Shown: positions 8,388-16,460 of the stretch, in pieces | Position numbering within the stretch: the stretch's first letter is position 1 | How the letters are laid out: each line of letters starts with the position of its first letter | Source: an uncultured Pseudomonadota bacterium | GTDB taxonomy: Bacteria; Oederibacteriota; Muellerivitia; Muellerivitales; Muellerivitaceae | DNA length: 64,000 nucleotides | NCBI GenBank assembly: GCA_963836235.1 | Contig: CAWIIP010000002.1 | Coordinates: 928,001-992,000, forward strand | Direction: 5' to 3' | Translations under genes and position numbers: made by a program | Notes under the pieces: model-generated | What the model was told of the DNA's origin: nothing | The model's database searches: none | Seen by the model: the letters and a program-made list of their open reading frames with translations, nothing else

Positions 8388-9475
8388 TTTCTTTTCGCTT
8401 TTCGTGTTTGTTTTTTAGGAGGGCCCAGGAATATCTGGAAAGGATTTTCCCTCAACTTGGTTTGTCCCTCATCGACCCGAATGGTGGAAACCGCCACGGT
8501 AAAAAGAAGGGCGGCGAAGAAAAACAAGACCATGAAAAACAAGGCACGCTTTTCCGAAAGCCGCACCAGCACACCGGCGCAGGCCACGAGCAGGAATGAA
8601 AGGCTCCAAAGCGACCAAACGATAGGCTTCACCGACATGCCCAGGGCCCTCAGCCTCAAGGCCAGGTGGTCGTTGGACCCCCGGAACATGGAACGCCCTT
8701 TCAGGAATCTCAAAAACATCACCAGCGCCGTGTCGTAAAGGGGAATCCCCAAAATGAAAAGCGGTGCGCAAAGGGCGACAACGTTCACTTGGGTATAACC
8801 GTGGCCCATAGCAATGCCCGCCAGGATGAAGCCCAGGAAGAGCGCCCCCGAATCCCCCATATAGATTCGGGCCGGTTGGTAGTTGTAGGGCAGAAACCCC
8901 AGGACACTACCACCCAAGGCCGCCGCCGTCATTGGGACATAGCTTTGGGAGCCCAGGAAGGGGACAAAGACGAACCCCAGGCAGGCGATCACCGCCACCC
9001 CGCCCGCCAGTCCGTCCATGATGTCGATCAAGTTGACCGCATTCGTCACCGCCACCACCCAAAAGACCGTCAGAACCTTGGCCAGCCAGGGGTGACTCGG
9101 AAGAAACTCCAATTGGACTCCGAAAAAGATGAGCAGTGAAGCGGCCAGAATTTGGAATAGGAACTTGAGCGCCGGAGAGAGCGAAAAGAGATCGTCCGTC
9201 AGCCCCAAAATGGCGACCACCGTGCCCCCGGCCAAAAGGGCCAAAACCCGAGGTGAATCGGAAGGCGGAGACAGGATGATGGCCGAGAGAACCCCCAAAA
9301 GAAAGGAAAAGTAGATGGCCAGCCCCCCCATATAAGGAACCGGGGCGGTGTGCTTTTTCAGTTGGCCTTGGGGGCTATCTAAGAAGTGAGACCTTAAGGC
9401 TATTTTCCGGAAGAGGGGGGTCAACCCCAAGGAGAGGACTAAAGTGACGATGAAGATGATCCAGTTGGCGTCCAG
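8384..9475 (-). CDS. MraY/WecA/TagO family undecaprenyl-phosphate alpha-N-acetylglucosaminyl 1-phosphate transferase
   Basis: PYMGG, LTDD, NAVNLIDIMDGL, YMGDSG, DHL motifs; probable CTG start at 9475 behind GGAGG (track start 9430). Confidence 0.9.
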   Translation of the reverse strand: MDANWIIFIVTLVLSLGLTPLFRKIALRSHFLDSPQGQLKKHTAPVPYMGGLAIYFSFLLGVLSAIILSPPSDSPRVLALLAGGTVVAILGLTDDLFSLSPALKFLFQILAASLLIFFGVQLEFLPSHPWLAKVLTVFWVVAVTNAVNLIDIMDGLAGGVAVIACLGFVFVPFLGSQSYVPMTAAALGGSVLGFLPYNYQPARIYMGDSGALFLGFILAGIAMGHGYTQVNVVALCAPLFILGIPLYDTALVMFLRFLKGRSMFRGSNDHLALRLRALGMSVKPIVWSLWSLSFLLVACAGVLVRLSEKRALFFMVLFFFAALLFTVAVSTIRVDEGQTKLRENPFQIFLGPPKKQTRKAKRK

Positions 9476-9580
9476 GGGCGTCCTCCAGGCAGCGGATGGC
9501 TAATGTTTGGCTGTCTTGAGGCACTATAACACAAAGGCAAAGGGTGCCCAATTGGCTTAAAAAACATGGAAAAGGGCAAT

Positions 9581-9610
9581 AAAAAAGCCCCGGTGGGTCG
9601 GACCGAGGCT
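9581..9610 (-). terminator. Rho-independent terminator of the putative sRNA
   Basis: AGCCTCGGT-7nt-ACCGGGGCT stem (one G-U) followed by T-tract on minus strand. Confidence 0.8.
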
Positions 9611-9666
9611 GGGAGGTGAGTGTTGATTTGTTTGAAAGCAAACCAGTTGTCGCTGGCCTACTTGCT
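9581..9666 (-). ncRNA. Putative sigma54-dependent small RNA (~86 nt)
   Basis: Bounded by a -24/-12 promoter and an intrinsic terminator; 5' hairpin plus single-stranded CACUCACCUCCC anti-SD segment; no ORF on this strand. Confidence 0.65.
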
Positions 9667-9676
9667 AACTATATAA

Positions 9677-9692
9677 GGCAATGTCCATGCCA
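9677..9692 (-). promoter_or_regulatory. Sigma54 (-24/-12) promoter
   Basis: Minus strand TGGCATGGACATTGCC = TGGCAYG-N4-TTGC with exact GG-N10-GC spacing. Confidence 0.8.
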
Positions 9693-9763
9693 GTCCTTGT
9701 GCGGTTTTTCATGGCCAAAAAGCCTTATAATTTGAGGTTTTTCAAAAAAACCTAAAAAGTTAA

Positions 9764-9811
9764 GTGTAATTTATATTTACACTCAAAATATATTGTACAT
9801 ATTATTTACAC
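9764..9811. promoter_or_regulatory. Tandem enhancer (UAS) sites for a sigma54 activator
   Basis: GTGTAATTTATATTTACAC (9764-9782) and TTGTACATATTATTTACAC (9793-9811), both TGT-N11-ACA, ~100-145 bp upstream of the predicted TSS. Confidence 0.7.
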
Positions 9812-9944
9812 TTTTTCAAGTTTAATTTTAAACCAAATTCTTTATCTATTTGGCATGCATAAAGCAAAAAGTGTATAGCTTATGGATATTTACTTGTCTC
9901 TAGATTGCACGCCTTACTTCGGACCAAAAGGATAGAATTTCCGC

Positions 9945-10781
9945 ATGGATTATATTTCTTCAATCAATTTTATGCTCATTGTTATTGGTTTGGGTCTTTC
10001 TGCGGTTGGGGGTGGTATGACCTTTCTACCGCAAAATCATTTTGATAAAGGATTTGGAAGAACAATAAGAATAGGTATGGGATGGTTACTTATACTTTGG
10101 GGGTTAAGCCTTTCTGGGTATACGACTTATATTTTAATTCAAGGAAAAAGTACAGAACAAGCAACCATGTGGTTTGGGGGGGCCGCTCATCTAGTCCCAA
10201 AGATTGTTCCAACTCCACGCCCAAAAGCCAGAAAAGAAACGGAAATTAAAAAGCAAAACGAAACCCAAGCTTCTTGTGAAGCTGTTTCAATTTGGTTTAA
10301 TGACTCTCAACCTCAACCAGAATTCAACATTTATCCAGATAGCAAGGATGGTGATACATTACAACCGAAATTAGAACTGAAGTTTTATGTTGATTGCTTC
10401 AATAAAACAAATGAAGAAAGAGATTTAACTTTTTTGCCATACCTTCAAGGAGGTAATCTCCCAGCAAATTGGAAAGTGATTGGTGTTGGGATATATCAAA
10501 TAAGCGGGGCGGAAAAAGATATTCCAGGCCCCAAAATTGTCGTGGCTCCGAAAACACACTTCTTATTCAATGCTCTTGTGGAGATTGGTACGGAAGATAT
10601 GAATACGCCCGCATTTTATGAATCTTTCAAAACGTTAAGTGAAAAAGTAACTTTTACTTTAACCGTTAAAACCGAGGAAGACGAAACTTGTACAACAGCT
10701 CAAACCATTTCTATAAGGGACGGGTTTCGAATAAATTTCGAACATAATCATCAAGACATTACGAAAAATTGGAGTAATTAG
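9945..10781 (+). CDS. Hypothetical AT-rich membrane protein (two N-terminal TM helices plus soluble beta-rich domain)
   Basis: 278-aa ORF with hydrophobic N-terminus; markedly lower GC than flanks; no recognisable family motif. Confidence 0.75.
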   Translation: MDYISSINFMLIVIGLGLSAVGGGMTFLPQNHFDKGFGRTIRIGMGWLLILWGLSLSGYTTYILIQGKSTEQATMWFGGAAHLVPKIVPTPRPKARKETEIKKQNETQASCEAVSIWFNDSQPQPEFNIYPDSKDGDTLQPKLELKFYVDCFNKTNEERDLTFLPYLQGGNLPANWKVIGVGIYQISGAEKDIPGPKIVVAPKTHFLFNALVEIGTEDMNTPAFYESFKTLSEKVTFTLTVKTEEDETCTTAQTISIRDGFRINFEHNHQDITKNWSN

Positions 10782-10863
10782 AATATTCATGCGTAAGGTG
10801 ATTATGCCTGCCTAAAGCTTTCGAAGGGCTCTTCGCAATGACTACCAAAGATATCGTTGGCTT

Positions 10864-12741
10864 CTACTCCACCCCAATCCCATACTTCCTTATCTTCTGA
10901 TAAAGCGTCGGGCGGCTGATACCCAACCGAGTAGCGGCTTGCTTTTTGTTGAAGTGGGATTCCTGCAGAACCCGAAAGATCAAATCCTTTTCCCCTGATT
11001 CAAGAACGCTGTTCGCCGGAAGCTTTTCCATCGTCTTAGAAGCGGGGTTCTTTGCGCCAGTCAGCTCCTCCGGGAGGTAGGCGGGCTTGATCAGCACGTC
11101 GTCGTTCAAGGTCACGATACGCTCGATGACGTTCTCCAGTTCCCGCACGTTCCCGGGCCAGCGGTGTTGCCGCATGATCGCCAGGGCTTCCTCGGAAATA
11201 CCCTCGAACCTCGTGGGCCGCTTGGCCTTCAAGCGGTCGAGAAAGTATTTCACCAATAGCGGAAGGTCGCCTTCCCTATCCCTGAGCGGCGGCATCTCGA
11301 TGACGATGACGTTCAGCCGGTAAAACAAGTCTTCCCGGAAATGGCCTTCCTTGATGGCCTGCTTCAAATCCCGATTCGTGGCGGCTATGACGCGGATATC
11401 GATCTTGACCGTCCCCGTCCCGCCCACCCGCTCGAATTCCCTTTCCTGGAGCACCCGCAGGAGCTTGACCTGGGTGGAAAGGGAGATTTCGCCGATCTCG
11501 TCCAAGAAAACGCTCCCCTGGTCGGCGGCCTCGAACTTCCCGATCTTTTGCCCAATGGCCCCGGTGAAGGACCCCTTCTCATGCCCAAAAAGCTCGCTTT
11601 CCAGGAGGGATTCACTAAGAGCCGAGCAAGCGATGGGCACGAAGGGCCTATCATGCCGCGCCGATTGCTGGTGGATGGAGCGGGCCACCAGCTCTTTCCC
11701 CGTGCCGTTTTCCCCCAAAATAAGCACGGTCGCGTCGCTGGCGGCCGCCCGTTTGATGAGGTCCTGAATGCGCTGCATGGGCGGGCTGTTGCCGATGAGG
11801 AGGCTTTCTTCCGCCGGGCGGCTTTTTTGCGCAGCGGCCACCGACACCATGGACTTGGAGAGGGCGAAGAGGATGGAGGCGGCGTTTTTGGAGGATTTCA
11901 CGAACTCCTCATAGTCTTCCTTCATGCGCCCGGTCAGCCCTTCGTTAAAATAAACTTGTCCCAGGTTATAGATGGCGTTCACATGGTCGGGATTTACCTT
12001 CAGCACATCTTTGAATTCGGTAATGGCTTTTTCCAGTTCCCCCTTTTTAAAATAACAAATCCCGAGGTCATTCTGGATGTTCAGCCTTTCCTCCCCCGCG
12101 GGTAATATCTTGAGGGCCTTGCGGTAAATCTTGATGGCTTCGTCGTACCGCTCCAAGGCCATCAGGCATTCCCCCAGGCTTCCCAACGCCGGGACGTTGC
12201 GGGGGTTGGAGTCGATGACCGATTGGTATTGCTCCAGGGCCTTTTCCAACTCGCCCCTTTCCTTGAACAGCGCCCCCATGTTCATTCGGCATTGGAAGGA
12301 CAGGCTTTCGGCCGTGTGGAAAAGCCCCAGGTAAAAACTGCCGGGCGTCAGGGGATGGACCAGGTGAAGGGTCTCCATGAAGGAAAACATGGCGTCATTG
12401 ACATGCCCCCTTTTCATGTGGATCAGCCCCATGTTGAAATGGACGTCCAGGAGCGAGGGATGGATTTTCAGGGCCTTTTCGTAATAGTCCAGGGCGGCGA
12501 CAAAATCCTGCAAATGAAAAGCCGCGTGGCCCGCGTCCCGAAGGGCGAAGGCGCTGAAGGGGTTTTTCTTGACCACCGATTTGAACAGCTTGAGGGCCTT
12601 TTCGTACTCGCCCTCCTCGAAGGCGGCCACCCCTTCTTCCGTGGCCTTCTCAATGGGCTCATGGGCGGCCCCACAAACCGGGCAAAAGCGGTGTTCTTCG
12701 TCCAGGGGATTCCCGCATTCGCGGCAGATGATGTCGGCCAT
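10864..12741 (-). CDS. Sigma54-dependent enhancer-binding protein with N-terminal zinc ribbon and TPR repeats
   Basis: CxxC-x10-CxxC, TPRs, GENGTGKE Walker [32 protein letters not shown]-terminal Fis HTH ([11 protein letters not shown]). Confidence 0.95.
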   Translation of the reverse strand: MADIICRECGNPLDEEHRFCPVCGAAHEPIEKATEEGVAAFEEGEYEKALKLFKSVVKKNPFSAFALRDAGHAAFHLQDFVAALDYYEKALKIHPSLLDVHFNMGLIHMKRGHVNDAMFSFMETLHLVHPLTPGSFYLGLFHTAESLSFQCRMNMGALFKERGELEKALEQYQSVIDSNPRNVPALGSLGECLMALERYDEAIKIYRKALKILPAGEERLNIQNDLGICYFKKGELEKAITEFKDVLKVNPDHVNAIYNLGQVYFNEGLTGRMKEDYEEFVKSSKNAASILFALSKSMVSVAAAQKSRPAEESLLIGNSPPMQRIQDLIKRAAASDATVLILGENGTGKELVARSIHQQSARHDRPFVPIACSALSESLLESELFGHEKGSFTGAIGQKIGKFEAADQGSVFLDEIGEISLSTQVKLLRVLQEREFERVGGTGTVKIDIRVIAATNRDLKQAIKEGHFREDLFYRLNVIVIEMPPLRDREGDLPLLVKYFLDRLKAKRPTRFEGISEEALAIMRQHRWPGNVRELENVIERIVTLNDDVLIKPAYLPEELTGAKNPASKTMEKLPANSVLESGEKDLIFRVLQESHFNKKQAATRLGISRPTLYQKIRKYGIGVE

Positions 12742-12744
12742 GCC

Positions 12745-13161
12745 TTAGCTCCCCCGTTTCTTCGTCTTGGGTGACGATTTTTGGGGAGTGCCTGGCTTTT
12801 TAACCGGCTTTCCGGCGGGCGCCGTAAGCTTTTCGATCTGGAGGGTGATCAAATGGTTCGCCTGCGGATGCTCGGCGTAACGCTTTTTCAGCTTGAGGTA
12901 CCAAGCCAGGGCTTCTTTGAGCTTCCCGGCCTTTTCCAGCTTATAGCCCTTGCGGAATTCCTTCTCGAACTCGATGAAACGCAGTTGGTCCGCCTCGGAT
13001 AAATGGGTGGTCCAGAGGAACCCCGAAGCGGTCAGAGCCGCCAGGGTCATCAAATAGATGAAGTAGGGAGGGAAAGCCAGGACGCCCAGGAGGTTGACAA
13101 TCGTCAGGCCGCCCCAGTCGACGTTTTTCAGCATGGTCTTTTGCAAGCGCGCTACCCCCAC
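12745..13161 (-). CDS. Hypothetical small membrane protein with TPR-like helical tail, co-transcribed with the activator
   Basis: Two hydrophobic segments then helical EKAGKLKEALAWY; ends 3 bp before activator start; start codon uncertain. Confidence 0.75.
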   Translation of the reverse strand: MGVARLQKTMLKNVDWGGLTIVNLLGVLAFPPYFIYLMTLAALTASGFLWTTHLSEADQLRFIEFEKEFRKGYKLEKAGKLKEALAWYLKLKKRYAEHPQANHLITLQIEKLTAPAGKPVKKPGTPQKSSPKTKKRGS

Positions 13162-13186
13162 AGACGGTCATGGTATGGTTCCAAAA

Positions 13187-13205
13187 GTGTAATTTTATTT
13201 TACAC
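13187..13205. promoter_or_regulatory. Third copy of the GTGTAA-N7-TTACAC site (probable autoregulatory operator)
   Basis: GTGTAATTTTATTTTACAC immediately upstream of the 13161/12741 operon. Confidence 0.7.
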
Positions 13206-13215
13206 CCAAGGGCAT

Positions 13216-13249
13216 AAAAAAAGCCCTGGTTCTTTCGAACCAGGGCTTT
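13216..13249 (-). terminator. pnp terminator
   Basis: AAAGCCCTGGTTC-GAAA-GAACCAGGGCTTT stem with T-tract on minus strand. Confidence 0.9.
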
Positions 13250-13262
13250 GGGACGCTAAAAG

Positions 13263-15374
13263 TTAAAGTTTTTTGTAATCGGCGATGTTCAAACCAAGGG
13301 CTTCCTTGCGGGAAAGCTTGATCTTCTTGGTCTTCGGGTCGATCCCGATGCACTTGACCAAGAGTTCGTCGCCTTCCTTCAGGACGTCCTCGACCCGCTC
13401 CACGCGGCCCTTGTCCAATTGGGAAATATGAACCAGGCCGTCGGTGCCCGGCAGGATCTCGACGAAAGCGCCGAAGTCCATGATCTTCTTAACCGTGCCG
13501 AAATAAATTTTTCCCTCTTCGGCCTCGGCCATCAGCCCGTCGATAAAGGCCTTGGCCTTTTCAATAGAGGCTCCGTTGGGAGAGGCGATATTCACCGTAC
13601 CATCGTCTTCCACATTGATTTCAACTTGGAAATCTTCCGTGATTTTTTTGATCATCGCGCCGCCTTTGCCGATGATGTCCCGAATCTTATCCACCGGAAT
13701 CTTGATGCTGACGATCCGTGGGGCATAGGGCGAAAGGGTCGTGCTGGGGGAGGTCATGGTCTTATCCATGATGTCCAAGATGGTCAAACGGCCCTGCTTG
13801 GCCTGCGCCAAGCCCTTCTCGATGACCTCGAAAGGCAGGCCTGTGATCTTGATGTCCATCTGGATGGCAGTGATGCCCTTGCGGGTACCGGCCACCTTGA
13901 AGTCCATGTCGCCAAAATGGTCTTCCAACCCTTGGATGTCGGTCAGGATGGCGTATTTGGTCATGTCCGCGTTGGAAACCAACCCTAAGGCCACGCCCGC
14001 GCAGGGGCTCTTCAAGGGCACGCCCGCGTCCATCATGGACAGCGAACCGCCGCAGACCGAAGCCATAGAGGAGGAACCATTGGATTCCAGAATGTCGGAG
14101 GAGACCAGGATGGTATAGGGGAAAGCGTCCAGCGACGGGAGCAATGGCTCCAGCGCCCTTTCCGCCAGGTTGCCATGGCCGATCTCGCGGCGGCCGGGGC
14201 CCGAGAGGCGCTTGATCTCACCCACCGAGTAGGGCGGGAAATTGTAATGAAGCATGAAACGCTTTTTCTGCTCGCCTTCCAGCTCTTCCAAAATCTGCTG
14301 GTCTTCTTTGGTGCCGAGGGTGGTGACCACCAGGGCCTGGGTTTGGCCGCGGGTAAAGAGGGCCGAACCATGCGTGCGGGGCAGAACCTTCACTTCGCCC
14401 GTGATGGGGCGGAACTCGTCCAGCTTGCGTCCGTCCTGGCGCTCGTGGCGGTCCAGGATGGCTTCACGGACCAGGTCGGACTCGATGCCGTGGATCAGTC
14501 CCGAAATATCCTTGTCCTTCTCGGGGAATTTTTCTTTCAAGGCTTCGACTGTTTCTTTTCCAACGTGATGGATGCCTTCTTGGCGCTTGAGCTTGTCTTT
14601 TTCGGCCATAGCAGCCTTCATCTTAGGCAAGGCGAAGGCCTTAACGGCGGCAGCCAAATCCTCCGGCGGCCTGACCAGGGTCAAGGCACGCTTGGGTTTG
14701 CCGGCTTTCTTGACCAGTTCTTCCTGCAGGTCGATGATCTTTTGGCATTCTTTATGGGCCAGTTTGATGGCTTCGTACAGGACCGATTCGGATTCCTCGT
14801 CGGCTCCGCCCTCGACCATCACGACCGCCTTGCGACTGGCGGCGACAACGAGGTCCAGGGTGCTTTCTTCCATTTGCTTGAAGGTCGGGTTGACGACCAG
14901 GTCGCCCTTGATGCGGCCCACGCGGACGCAGCCGAACATGTCGGCCACCGGGATATCGGAAACGGCCAAGGCCGCTGAAGCCGCGGAAACGGCCAGCACG
15001 TCCGAGTCGTTTTCTTGGTCGGACGAGATGACGGTGCAATGCATTTGGACTTCGTTGAAGAACCCATCCGGGAATAAGGGACGGATAGGCCTGTCGATCA
15101 GGCGGGAGGTGAGGATTTCCTTGGTGCGGGGACGGCCCTCGCGCTTGAACCAGCCTCCGGGAATGCGGCCCGCGGAAGAGGACTTCTCGCGGTACTCGAC
15201 GGTGAGGGGGAAAAAGTCTTTGCCCGGCATGGGATCCTTGGCGCCGACCACGGCCACCAGGACCACAGTTTCGCCATATTGGGCCAGGATCGACCCATCG
15301 GCCTGCTTGGCCATACGGCCCGTTTCGAAAGATAAAGTCGCTTGAGACAATTTACAGCTGACGCGTTCCATCAT
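13263..15374 (-). CDS. pnp: Polyribonucleotide nucleotidyltransferase
   Basis: FFPLTVEY, LTSRLIDRPIRP, RREIGHG, ESNGSSS, GDMDFKVAG, KH and S1 domains. Confidence 0.99.
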   Translation of the reverse strand: MMERVSCKLSQATLSFETGRMAKQADGSILAQYGETVVLVAVVGAKDPMPGKDFFPLTVEYREKSSSAGRIPGGWFKREGRPRTKEILTSRLIDRPIRPLFPDGFFNEVQMHCTVISSDQENDSDVLAVSAASAALAVSDIPVADMFGCVRVGRIKGDLVVNPTFKQMEESTLDLVVAASRKAVVMVEGGADEESESVLYEAIKLAHKECQKIIDLQEELVKKAGKPKRALTLVRPPEDLAAAVKAFALPKMKAAMAEKDKLKRQEGIHHVGKETVEALKEKFPEKDKDISGLIHGIESDLVREAILDRHERQDGRKLDEFRPITGEVKVLPRTHGSALFTRGQTQALVVTTLGTKEDQQILEELEGEQKKRFMLHYNFPPYSVGEIKRLSGPGRREIGHGNLAERALEPLLPSLDAFPYTILVSSDILESNGSSSMASVCGGSLSMMDAGVPLKSPCAGVALGLVSNADMTKYAILTDIQGLEDHFGDMDFKVAGTRKGITAIQMDIKITGLPFEVIEKGLAQAKQGRLTILDIMDKTMTSPSTTLSPYAPRIVSIKIPVDKIRDIIGKGGAMIKKITEDFQVEINVEDDGTVNIASPNGASIEKAKAFIDGLMAEAEEGKIYFGTVKKIMDFGAFVEILPGTDGLVHISQLDKGRVERVEDVLKEGDELLVKCIGIDPKTKKIKLSRKEALGLNIADYKKL

Positions 15375-15504
15375 TTTTGACTCCTCCAGAAAGTTTTAGG
15401 TTGGTGACGAGGTTGGGATGTTGAATGAACCGCTTTTGGCCTTGGGCTTTCCAAAAAAGTCTTTCTTGGTGCCCTTGGTGCCTTGGTGGTGAATTCTTCT
15501 TCCC

Positions 15505-15771
15505 TTATTTGCGGAGACCCAAACGATCGAGGAGCGAAGCGTATCTCTTCACATCGTGCTTTTTCAGGTAATCCAAAAGACGGCGCCGGTGCCCGACCAG
15601 CTTGAGCAATCCACGACGGGACGCATGGTCCTTGGGATGGGTTCTAAAATGCTCGGTCAGGTATTTGATCCGCTCGGTAACGAGGGCAACTTGAACTTCT
15701 GGGGAACCGGTATCCGTATCCTTTTGTTTAAAATCCTGAACTAACTGGGTCTTCTTTTCCTTCGTCATCAT
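15505..15771 (-). CDS. rpsO: 30S ribosomal protein S15
   Basis: [10 protein letters not shown]...[11 protein letters not shown]...LGLRK; ATG at 15771 behind GAGGAG. Confidence 0.99.
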   Translation of the reverse strand: MMTKEKKTQLVQDFKQKDTDTGSPEVQVALVTERIKYLTEHFRTHPKDHASRRGLLKLVGHRRRLLDYLKKHDVKRYASLLDRLGLRK

Positions 15772-15804
15772 GGTGCGACTCCTCAAATTGAAATTTTGTT
15801 GCCG

Positions 15805-15858
15805 GACTCCCCTGAAACCAAGCGATCGTCAGAGTGGACGAGGGCCGAGTAAAGGATC
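15805..15858 (-). promoter_or_regulatory. Putative S15 autoregulatory leader RNA
   Basis: Structured 5' UTR with UCGUC/GACGA hairpin and flanking complementary segments; position typical of S15 leaders. Confidence 0.45.
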
Positions 15859-16111
15859 ATTGCCTTGCAAACCTACGCTCCCAAAAATCGGGCGCAGGGG
15901 CAGTATTCTATGGACTTTGCCGGGGGGTGTAAAGGAGATAACCGGCCACAAACGCTTAAAAAGAATGAATTTCAAACGGTTTTCTGGAAAGGTCTTCCTG
16001 CTAAAGGGAGATTTCCAGAACATCAAATTCCACACAAAACCATTGGGTCAAGTAATGGAAAACCGGGAAACGATCACCCCCGGCGCTCATTTGGGTGGAT
16101 AGAATTTGTTT

Positions 16112-16150
16112 AAAAAAATAAAAGCGGTCCGGAATTTAACCGGACCGCTT
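16112..16150 (-). terminator. Terminator of the small secreted protein gene
   Basis: AAGCGGTCCGG/CCGGACCGCTT stem followed by TTTATTTTTTT. Confidence 0.88.
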
Positions 16151-16173
16151 GAATCCGACTTAAAAGGCTAGCA

Positions 16174-16359
16174 TTACTTGGTGGGAGCTCCCGACTTGGA
16201 AGAAGAACCGGGATTACCATTTTTCTTGCTGTGGTGTTTCTTTTTTCCATGCTTGGTGGATTTAGACGTCGGGGTGGCTGGAGAGTTTGCGGCCCAAACC
16301 AAGCCCGAAGTCGCCGTGACAAAGAACAACACCAAAACCATTGCCATTACTTTTTTCAT
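16174..16359 (-). CDS. Small exported Lys/His-rich disordered peptide (Asr-like composition)
   Basis: AAGGAGAG RBS, signal peptide ending VWA, mature part with KHGKKKHHSKK; own promoter and terminator. Confidence 0.8.
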   Translation of the reverse strand: MKKVMAMVLVLFFVTATSGLVWAANSPATPTSKSTKHGKKKHHSKKNGNPGSSSKSGAPTK

Positions 16360-16402
16360 TTTATCTCTCCTTTAAGGATTAAAACCAACTGGCTTCTACT
16401 TC

Positions 16403-16430
16403 TTAGACGACAGAATCGGAAAAAAAGTTA
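16403..16430 (-). promoter_or_regulatory. ECF sigma (RpoE-type) promoter
   Basis: TAACTT-N16-GTCTAA on minus strand upstream of 16359. Confidence 0.6.
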
Positions 16431-16460
16431 ACCTTCAGCCTCCGAATCTTCCCATTTACC

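Noticed and set aside
11560-11600. GSFTGA instead of GAFTGA in the activator as a sign of sigma54 independence
   Set aside because: GSFTGA is a common functional variant; the critical F and T are retained
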